Source: an uncultured Lachnospiraceae bacterium (lineage in GTDB: Bacteria > Bacillota > Clostridia > Lachnospirales > Lachnospiraceae). From it: 64,000 nt of DNA. The DNA lies in NCBI GenBank assembly GCA_902797185.1, contig CADBRV010000052.1, forward strand, positions 129 to 64,128. The letters run 5' to 3'. The translations under genes and the position numbers were made by a program. The stretch's first letter is position 1. Every line of letters begins with the position of its first letter. Positions 56,881-64,000 of this stretch are shown here, piece by piece. Under the pieces are notes generated by a model that saw only the letters and a program-made list of their open reading frames with translations, did no database searches and was not told the DNA's origin.

Positions 56881-59382
56881 ATGGAATTTCATTTTGACAA
56901 TACCCGCATCCATGAGATGCGGAAAAAAATGCTGGTGCGTCCGTCCATCTGCGTGGAACGCGCCAAGCTGATGACCGAATCTTATAAAAACACCGAAGGC
57001 GAACCCGCCGTCATGCGCCGGGCGAAAGCTTTTGCTTATATCCTGGACCATAAATCCGTGTACATTTATCCCGGCGAGACCATCGTCGGGCGTCCTACTT
57101 CGAAAATCCGTGGCGGCTCTATCTCGCCGGAACTGCAGTGCGACTGGATTTTAAACGAGCTGGACCTGCTTTCCACCAGGGAGACAGACCCCTTCGTACC
57201 GCTGACGGAAGAAGAGCGGAAAGTCTTGAAAGAAGTAGTGCCTTATTGGGAAAAGCGCAGCCTGCGTTACCACTGGAATGAAGTGACCAGCGAGAGGGCA
57301 AAGTCCATCGACGACCTGATCCTGGGCGGCGGCGCCTACTGCGGCAACAACCAGTACCCTGGCCATTCTTCGCCGGATTACAGCCTGCTGTTAAAATACG
57401 GCACGGAAAGGATGGTGAAAAAGATCCGGGAGCGGCTGGCGGAAGATGATGCTCTAAAGGAGCACCCGGATGCAGCCTCAGGCCAGCGCCAGGACTCCAC
57501 ACCGGACGACCAGCACTCTGCACAGAACCAGCGCCAAGGCTCCACTCCAGAAGGACAGCACTCTGCACAGGGCAAGCGCCAGCCCCTCTCTCCAAAGCAG
57601 CGCTTGGAACTGGAAGCCATGTGCATTTGCCTGGACGCACTGGGAAGGCAGGGAGCCCGCTACGCACAGGAAGCCCTAAGGCTGGCAGGCGAAGAAAAGG
57701 ACCCGGCCCGCAAAGCCGAGCTGGAAGAAATCGCCCACGTCTGCAATAAAGTGCCCCGCCTCCCGGCAGAAAGCTTCCGGGAAGCCGTCCAGTCCCTGTG
57801 GTTTGGCTATTACTGCATCATGATCGAAAACTGGGGCACCGGGAACACTTTCCACCGCATCGACCAGTACCTGCTGCCTTATTATGAAAAGAGCCGTGCC
57901 GACGGCATGACCCAGGAAGAAGCTTACCAGTACCTGGCCATGCTGCTTTTAAACTGCAACAGCGACTGCGTCGTTTACAGTGAAAAACGCAGCCACGGAT
58001 TTGCCGGCAACAACTCCGGATGCGCCTTTACCATCGGAGGCGTAAAAGAGGACGGCAGCTGCGCCGTAAACGAGCTTTCCTATTTGATCCTGGAAGCGGA
58101 ACGGAATGTCAACATGGCATCTGACGACGTAGTAGTGCGGATCTCGGACAACACCCCGAAGGAATTTCTGCTTTTTGCCTGCGGCGTTGCCAGGGACGAT
58201 GGCGGGAAGCTGAAATTCCTCGGAGACAAAACCACCATTTCCAACCTGGAGCTGGACGGCCTGCCCGAAAAGGACGCCAGGAATTATTCCATCGCCGGCT
58301 GTACTTCCCCGGTCGTCGCCGGGCTCTCCTATGACATCCCCGGCGGCATCCTGTCCCTGCCCGGCATCCTGGAGCTGGCGTTAAATAACGGCGTGCAGAA
58401 GATGACCGGCCAGAAACTGGGCGTTTCCACCGGCAACGCGGCAGATTTTTCTTCCTTTGAAGAACTCTGGGACGCTTACTGCAGACAGGTGGACTATATC
58501 ATCCCCCTGTGCCATGAAATCAAAAATAACGACAAGCGGATGTTTTCCGAATACGCGCCCAGCCCGTTCCAGTCCGCCTTTTTCCCGAGCTGCATAGAGC
58601 GCGGGGAAGACGTCATCGACGGCGGCACCAAGCCTTATTACACTTTCGCCCTGTCCATGGCTGGGGCGCCCAATACCGGTGACGGGCTCATCGCTATCAA
58701 GAAAGCCGTTTTTGAAGAAAAGAAAATCACGATGCAGCAGCTTCTGGATGCCCTGGCAGCCAATTTCAAGGGGTACGAAAATATCCAGAGCCTGCTTCTG
58801 CGCTATCCGAAATTCGGGAACAACGAACCCGAAGTGGACGGCATGGTAAACCAGGTGCTGTCCTATGTGTCCGACCGCATTTCGGAAGGCCCGGGATTTA
58901 AAGGTGCGCATTCCACCGCGGCAGCGGCAGCCGTTACTGCCAATGTAGGGCTGGGCATGGTGCTGGGGGCAACCCCGGACGGAAGAAGTGCCGGGCAGCC
59001 CATTTCCGAAGGCGGCATTTCGCCTTCCCAGGGCAGAAACACTTCCGGCGCCACCGCCACGATGCTTTCCATCGCCGGCCTGGACCACACGAAGCTGCGC
59101 CACGGCGAGGTCCTGAACATGCGGATCCACCCGGATGCCATCCGGACGCCGGACAAGTTGGAGAAATTCGCCTATCTGATCCGTGCCTATATGGACCTGG
59201 GCGGCTTCCTGGTGCAGTTCAACATTGTTTCCACCGAAACCTTGCGGGATGCCCAAATCCATCCGCAGGCACACCGCGACCTGGTTGTCCGGGTAGCCAC
59301 CTACGCCGCTTATTTCATCGAGCTGGGCAAGGAGCTGCAGGATGACATCATCCACAGGTATGAATTTGAGGATCTGGGATAA
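56881..59382 (+). CDS. Pyruvate formate-lyase-like glycyl radical enzyme homologue with Gly-to-Thr substitution at the radical site
   Basis: Full-length PFL2/glycerol-dehydratase-type fold with Cys loop IAGCTSPVVAG. The C-terminal fingerprint reads VVRVATYAAYF instead of RVAGY (ACC at 59299-59301). A 2.3 x 15-aa Q-rich insert lies at 57484-57586. Confidence 0.8.
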   Translation: MEFHFDNTRIHEMRKKMLVRPSICVERAKLMTESYKNTEGEPAVMRRAKAFAYILDHKSVYIYPGETIVGRPTSKIRGGSISPELQCDWILNELDLLSTRETDPFVPLTEEERKVLKEVVPYWEKRSLRYHWNEVTSERAKSIDDLILGGGAYCGNNQYPGHSSPDYSLLLKYGTERMVKKIRERLAEDDALKEHPDAASGQRQDSTPDDQHSAQNQRQGSTPEGQHSAQGKRQPLSPKQRLELEAMCICLDALGRQGARYAQEALRLAGEEKDPARKAELEEIAHVCNKVPRLPAESFREAVQSLWFGYYCIMIENWGTGNTFHRIDQYLLPYYEKSRADGMTQEEAYQYLAMLLLNCNSDCVVYSEKRSHGFAGNNSGCAFTIGGVKEDGSCAVNELSYLILEAERNVNMASDDVVVRISDNTPKEFLLFACGVARDDGGKLKFLGDKTTISNLELDGLPEKDARNYSIAGCTSPVVAGLSYDIPGGILSLPGILELALNNGVQKMTGQKLGVSTGNAADFSSFEELWDAYCRQVDYIIPLCHEIKNNDKRMFSEYAPSPFQSAFFPSCIERGEDVIDGGTKPYYTFALSMAGAPNTGDGLIAIKKAVFEEKKITMQQLLDALAANFKGYENIQSLLLRYPKFGNNEPEVDGMVNQVLSYVSDRISEGPGFKGAHSTAAAAAVTANVGLGMVLGATPDGRSAGQPISEGGISPSQGRNTSGATATMLSIAGLDHTKLRHGEVLNMRIHPDAIRTPDKLEKFAYLIRAYMDLGGFLVQFNIVSTETLRDAQIHPQAHRDLVVRVATYAAYFIELGKELQDDIIHRYEFEDLG

Positions 59383-59574
59383 AGAGAGTGGCGAGGGTGT
59401 AAATTCTTTTCATTCCGCAACTGCCCGGACATGGTTTCTCCCATCATCCGATATTTAGCGGGAAAACTTCTCCGTGGCTGCCCGGGCTGCCAATGGCCAG
59501 TGGGAATCTTCATTTCCGCTAAACATTAGCTGGCCGGAAGTTTTTTCCGACACCTAACGAAACAGAAAATAGAG

Positions 59575-59625
59575 GAAGCAGGATCTCGCCAGACTGTAAG
59601 TTCGGCAGGATCCTGCTTCTTTACC
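59575..59625 (+). terminator. Rho-independent terminator after the GRE gene
   Basis: GAAGCAGGATC-23 nt-GATCCTGCTTC followed by TTTACC. Confidence 0.65.
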
Positions 59626-59730
59626 TTAAAAAATCTCATGTGCTTTCTTATATACCAACTTTCTAATTTTAGCACCTTCGTTTGTTCCTAAATGATATCT
59701 CTTCTATATGGATAGCACAAACCTATAAAA

Positions 59731-59808
59731 ATCACAGTTTATGCTTTCAAATGCACAAACTTTTCTAAAATCACAGTTTGTGCTTTCAAATGCACAAACT
59801 TTTTCGCA
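59731..59808. repeat. Two tandem 39-bp units, each containing a 9-bp inverted repeat (candidate double operator)
   Basis: Unit ATCACAGTTT(A/G)TGCTTTCAAATGCACAAACTTTT. Arms AGTTTGTGC-n8-GCACAAACT are perfect in unit 2, with one mismatch in unit 1. Confidence 0.7.
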
Positions 59809-60194
59809 GTCTCATTCTATATTCTTTGTCCTTGAACTATTTCTGATCTTTACGAACCTGGCATCTTGCCCTCATCCACTGAATATGACAATCTACACCA
59901 TAAAAATTCAATATCAGAACAGGCCTCTCCTCCTGTGCTTTCCATACCTGTTTCTGCTATTATAGATGGGAACCTGCGCCCTAATATACATCTTGCGTAT
60001 GGACATATCACCCAGCGCTCGAGGGCGGACGTTTGAGACTGGCGTAATATTTTTTCACGCAACAGCCTCCAATGCCTAAGGGCTTAAATGTGGAAAACGG
60101 TATGAAGCATTGTACGCAGGAGCACCACCTCCAAACACAGGCTGCTTTTTCGTAGCGGCATGGGCAGGGCGAATAAGAAAGGAAGAATGATCTT

Positions 60195-62135
60195 ATGAGA
60201 TACAATGACGGACATGGACATGGCTATGGACGCCCAAAGGAAAGGCGTCCCATCAGCAGGAAGCACGGATCCAAGGAGGAACTTCGGGACCTGCTCCATT
60301 CCATTGACCATAGAAGCTACCCTGCGTATAAAGACCTGACCGGGAGCTTTGACTTTGGAGACTACGAATTAAGCATCGACCATGTGCAGGGCGACCCCTT
60401 TGCGGCGCCCTCTTCTGTCAGTGTCCACATCGCAGGGAAAACCGCGGGATTTCCGGAAGAATATTATCAAGAAGGGCCAGCGGAAAAGCGGATTGCCCTG
60501 CAGGACCACCTGATTCGAAAGTTCCATAAAGCAATCGATAAATACAACCACAAAGCCGGCGGCTCCGGCAAAAGCGGGCTGGTCTCCTGCTCCAACCCGG
60601 GACAGGAAATCCTGGACCGCAGCGCCTGCCAGGTCGACCCGAAAACGGGAGGCCTGGTATTCCGCCTGTCGGTGGGATTCCCCGCGGCAGGACGCACCGT
60701 GCTGGCCGGGGAACTGGAGAAAATCCTGTTCCATTACCTGCCGGAATGTGTAAGAAGCTCCCTGCTTTATAAAAACCTGGACAAAGACCAGGTGAAGGAC
60801 GTCATCGACCTGGCAGAAGACCAGGCAGCGCTGCGACAGAAAATGAAAGAGATGGGGCTCATCGCCTTTCTGGCAAACGGCTCGATCCTGCCCCGGGAAA
60901 GCGGGATTTCCCAGCGCCCTATGAAAGGCGCCATCCGCTTTGCTTCCCCGAAAGAAGATGAAGTGGAAATCGAACTTCCCCACGCAGGCACCATCGCCGG
61001 GATGGGGATTCCAAAAGGGATCACTTTGATTATCGGCGGCGGCTACCACGGCAAATCCACCCTGCTCCAGGCTTTGGAGCGCGGCGTATATGACCACATC
61101 GATAGCGACGGCCGGGAATTTGTCATGACCGACCGGACTGCTGTGAAAATCCGGGCAGAGGACGGCAGGTGCGTCATGAAGGACGACATCTCCATGTTTA
61201 TCCGCAACCTGCCCAACGGGAAAGACACCCGCTGTTTTTCCACCATCGATGCCAGCGGCAGCACTTCCCAGGCAGCTTCCGTGGCAGAAGCTTTGGAAAG
61301 CGGCTCGAAAGTCCTTCTGATGGACGAGGATACCTGCGCCACCAACTTCATGGTGAGGGATGACCTGATGCAGAGGATCGTCTCTCCGGAAGAAGAGCCC
61401 ATCATCCCTTATAGCCAGACCATGCGACCCCTGCTGGAAGAAAAAGGCGTTTCCACGATCCTGGTAGCCGGCAGTTCCGGAGCCTTTTTCCAGGTATCCG
61501 ACCGCATCATCCAGATGGACCAGTATGTCCCGAAGGACGTGACGGAACGGGTAAGGAAAATCCTGGAAGAGGAGCAGGACGGACAGACAAGAAGTTCAAA
61601 CATATGCGAAATGCAGACAGGTCAGGAAGGGCAACAAACTCAAATCGGGCAGGCAGAACAAGCAGGCTCAAATCACCCGAAAGACATGGACGGCCACGAC
61701 CTGCAAAAAGGTCTCGACAATCCCAGCCATTCAAATGGGCCTTCCGGGAAAAAACGAAACGACAGCTATACCGCCAGCTATCCGAAACGCTGCCCTGCTG
61801 CCGGCTCGGAATTTGCCGGAAGGAATGGCAAAGTCAAGATGAAGAACCTGGGCAGGGACGGGTTTATGATCGGCCACGGCACGGTAGATATGCGATGCGT
61901 CGAGCAGCTTACGGACGGCGAACAGACCGAATGCCTGGCATCCCTCCTGGTACTGGCATCTGGAGATATGGACGGGAAAACTCCTGTGCAGAAGCTGGTC
62001 GAAAAACGCTGGAAAGAAATCTCGGAAAAAGGCATCGCCGGATGCGTAAGCGGGCGAGTGCCCGGCAACCTGGCAATGCCCCGGAAGCAGGAATTTTACG
62101 CTGCCATCAACCGCTGCCGGATGCTGAAAATGTGA
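60195..62135 (+). CDS. ABC-class ATPase domain protein (COG3044-type 'predicted ATPase of the ABC class')
   Basis: SYPAYKDLTGSF...SIDHVQGDPFAAPS N-domain and P-loop GGGYHGKSTLLQALERGVY. A Q/G-rich insert lies near aa 470-530. Confidence 0.7.
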   Translation: MRYNDGHGHGYGRPKERRPISRKHGSKEELRDLLHSIDHRSYPAYKDLTGSFDFGDYELSIDHVQGDPFAAPSSVSVHIAGKTAGFPEEYYQEGPAEKRIALQDHLIRKFHKAIDKYNHKAGGSGKSGLVSCSNPGQEILDRSACQVDPKTGGLVFRLSVGFPAAGRTVLAGELEKILFHYLPECVRSSLLYKNLDKDQVKDVIDLAEDQAALRQKMKEMGLIAFLANGSILPRESGISQRPMKGAIRFASPKEDEVEIELPHAGTIAGMGIPKGITLIIGGGYHGKSTLLQALERGVYDHIDSDGREFVMTDRTAVKIRAEDGRCVMKDDISMFIRNLPNGKDTRCFSTIDASGSTSQAASVAEALESGSKVLLMDEDTCATNFMVRDDLMQRIVSPEEEPIIPYSQTMRPLLEEKGVSTILVAGSSGAFFQVSDRIIQMDQYVPKDVTERVRKILEEEQDGQTRSSNICEMQTGQEGQQTQIGQAEQAGSNHPKDMDGHDLQKGLDNPSHSNGPSGKKRNDSYTASYPKRCPAAGSEFAGRNGKVKMKNLGRDGFMIGHGTVDMRCVEQLTDGEQTECLASLLVLASGDMDGKTPVQKLVEKRWKEISEKGIAGCVSGRVPGNLAMPRKQEFYAAINRCRMLKM

Positions 62136-62190
62136 GCAAATCAAGGAATCTCCTATAGAAGATGAAAAATGGCAATACGCCTTTTTAAGG

Positions 62191-62229
62191 AAACCGCACC
62201 TTGCCTGAATGGCAAGGTGCGGTTTTTGA
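62191..62229. terminator. Bidirectional terminator between the ABC-class ATPase gene and a convergent small gene
   Basis: AAACCGCACCTTGCC-tgaat-GGCAAGGTGCGGTTT followed by TTTGA on the plus strand. The minus strand reads TTTCCTT after the same stem. Confidence 0.8.
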
Positions 62230-62262
62230 TTCTAATCTCGAAACGCTCGATTCTATAAAATA

Positions 62263-62466
62263 TTATTTATTCCATGATGTCGGCGTTTCCGGTCCGCTCG
62301 CTACATCAAGTACCATGATGGTATCCTCGAGCTGGCGCTCTGTTATATTATGATCCGAATTCAGGTACATATCAATCAGGCTCACAGCGTCCTCGTCATC
62401 AGCATAGTTCTTCCTAAGCTCCCGGACTCCGATCAGATGCTTCTTATTCTGATTTGTATCCGGCAT
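62263..62466 (-). CDS. Small hypothetical protein (67 aa)
   Basis: AAGGAGG SD 9 nt upstream of ATG 62466. The ORF ends just before the bidirectional terminator. No family recognised. Confidence 0.5.
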   Translation of the reverse strand: MPDTNQNKKHLIGVRELRKNYADDEDAVSLIDMYLNSDHNITERQLEDTIMVLDVASGPETPTSWNK

Positions 62467-62637
62467 ATTTCACAATCCTCCTTTTAAAAATATTTTATGA
62501 AAGCAATAGGGAACACCTCTCGCGTGTACGAGGACCACTTTATAGCATATCAGCTCATCTTAAGGATTTCTCCTATATGTAGAAAACATAGACTTTTACA
62601 CTCTAAATATCTCGTCATAGGCTCACGGTTATCTAAT

Positions 62638-63324
62638 TTACTGCAGCCCCAGCTGGTCAGCTGCATAGGTTGCCTGGTCTACCGTGAATTTATCGCCATA
62701 GTCAGAAGTCAGCTGGTCGATGAGTCCCTGCCTGGAAAAACTGCTCAGATCCAGATAGCTCTGGCCTGCTTCTACCGCTTCCTGGTTCCAGTCGGCCCCG
62801 CAGTTATCTGCCGCATAAGTTGCCTGATCTACGGTGAACTTGTCGCCTGCATCAGAGGAAAGCTGGTCAATCAGCCCCTGATAGGAAAAGCCTTTCAGGT
62901 CCAGATAAGACTGGGCGGCACGAAGCGCCTGCTCATTCCAGTCAGCCCCGCAGTGGTCAGCCGCATACGTAGCGTCTTCCTCGGAGAACTGGTTGCCATA
63001 TTCGGAAGAAAGCTGGTCGATGAGCCCCTGATAGGAAAAGCCCTTCAGCTTCAAATAGTTCTGTGCCGCTTCCAGCGCTTCCTTTTGGCTGGTTGTGGCA
63101 TCTGAAGTATCCACTGTGCTTGAGGTATCCGTCCCCTCATCTGCTGCAGGAGCTGCCTCCGCGGAAGCTTCCGGCTGCGCGGAGGCCTCGGAAGATTCTG
63201 CTTCCGCGGATACTGCCGGTGCATTGTCGGATGAAGTGCTTGACGAAGAAGTGGTGGTGCCGCAGGCAGCGAGGGACGCGATGACCATGCCGGTAAGAAG
63301 CGCGATTACAACTTTTCTTTTCAT
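62638..63324 (-). CDS. Ltp-family surface lipoprotein (three Ltp-type repeats)
   Basis: Lipobox SLAACG. Three 50-aa repeats (A.AAQ.YL.LKGFSYQGLIDQLSS..GD.F...ATYAAD.CGADWN) are encoded by 150-bp DNA repeats starting near 62711, 62861 and 63011. Confidence 0.7.
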   Translation of the reverse strand: MKRKVVIALLTGMVIASLAACGTTTSSSSTSSDNAPAVSAEAESSEASAQPEASAEAAPAADEGTDTSSTVDTSDATTSQKEALEAAQNYLKLKGFSYQGLIDQLSSEYGNQFSEEDATYAADHCGADWNEQALRAAQSYLDLKGFSYQGLIDQLSSDAGDKFTVDQATYAADNCGADWNQEAVEAGQSYLDLSSFSRQGLIDQLTSDYGDKFTVDQATYAADQLGLQ

Positions 63325-63662
63325 ATGAATTTCCTCCCTAAAATAAAAGCGATGACCTCTGATACTTCTTTATCCTCTATAAAGCCTTTTCCCACTTCTG
63401 TCGGAAAATTCCTGTAAATCGATGAACATTTTCCACATAAGGTTTCAACATTTGTTTTCCTCAGCAAAAAGGAACTTTCCTAAATGTGGCTGCCATTATA
63501 GATGAAAAAGCCAGTACCTGTTTCTTATCTGCCTATAGGCTACTACCTGTACTGTCCTATAAAACGGACTTCGTGGGGAAAAAGACTCCTTAAACTGATC
63601 TAGGAGAGAATCGGCTGCTTAAACCGATCCAGAAAAAAAACGGTTGCTTCATGCTTCCCAAT

Positions 63663-63692
63663 AGAAAAAGGCACCCGCCGAAGCGAGTGCCT
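63663..63692 (-). terminator. Rho-independent terminator after the ZIP transporter gene
   Basis: AGGCACTCGC-ttcg-GCGGGTGCCT followed by TTTTTCT on the minus strand. Confidence 0.7.
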
Positions 63693-63701
63693 GAAGTTTC
63701 C

Positions 63702-64000
63702 TTATCCCAGCGCCACATCCAGCGCCATCATCAAAGTAAATCCTGCCGCAAACATGATAACACCGATGTTGGAATGCTCGCCGGTGGACATTTCTGGGAT
63801 CAGTTCCTCCACAACGACATAAAGCATGGCGCCTGCCGCAAAACTGAGCAGATATGGCATCGCCGGCATAAACAGCTCGGAAAACGCGATCATCAGCGCG
63901 GCACCCATCGGTTCCACCGCCCCGGAGACCACGCCGCTCCAGAAGGATTTGCCTTTTCCCATCCCTTCCGCGTGCAATGGCATGGAAATGATCGCGCCTT
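63702..64000 (-). CDS. ZIP-family (ZupT-like) metal transporter, C-terminal part only (gene continues beyond the window)
   Basis: C-terminal FAAGAMLYVVVEELIPE...FTLMMALDVALG is typical of ZIP/ZupT. Only ~95 codons are visible. My hand count and the ORF track disagree by 1 nt near 63960, so the frame at the window edge is uncertain. Confidence 0.6.
   Translation of the reverse strand, partial: GAIISMPLHAEGMGKGKSFWSGVVSGAVEPMGAALMIAFSELFMPAMPYLLSFAAGAMLYVVVEELIPEMSTGEHSNIGVIMFAAGFTLMMALDVALG

Overview
Chromosomal segment from a fairly GC-rich Firmicute. Gene content and lipobox/SD style look Clostridia/Lachnospiraceae-like, which is an inference. Almost all genes lie on the minus strand. From left to right the window holds these blocks. 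(1) A MATE exporter, a lipoprotein esterase, a NUDIX gene and metNIQ. (2) A large glutamine-centred nitrogen block: ANTAR regulator, glnA, pyrG, purF, an amtB-PII fusion, gltD, gltB and a type III glutamine synthetase, with terminator-like hairpins in several leaders. (3) A three-gene TerB / DUF2791-ATPase / DEAD-helicase cassette with Shango-type defence architecture. (4) An AEC transporter. (5) A 1141-aa sigma-like / acidic-linker / TM protein beside a lipoprotein that shares its C-terminal domain. (6) glf, then DUF2207 and LemA. (7) A nitroreductase and three tandem NTF2/SnoaL-like paralogues. (8) A zinc-finger-less J-protein. (9) A complete pstSCAB-phoU-phoBR locus. (10) A glycyl-radical-enzyme activase followed by a GRE homologue. 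(11) An ABC-class ATPase, an Ltp-type lipoprotein and a partial ZIP transporter. No rRNA, tRNA, CRISPR array or transposase was seen. The items most worth a second look are these. The GRE homologue has its radical glycine replaced by threonine (RVATY) although an intact activase sits next to it. A modular hairpin-forming intergenic element is present in three copies with compensatory base changes (gltB leader, glf/DUF2207 divergent region, inside the Shango-like operon). The ANTAR regulator has a pseudo-receiver domain and sits beside attenuator-like leaders. The sigma-like protein carries an acidic linker of roughly 600 aa. The three NTF2-like genes form an uncharacterised triad. Several short tandem or palindromic repeats also occur. 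Small features were mapped by hand and may be off by 1-2 nt.
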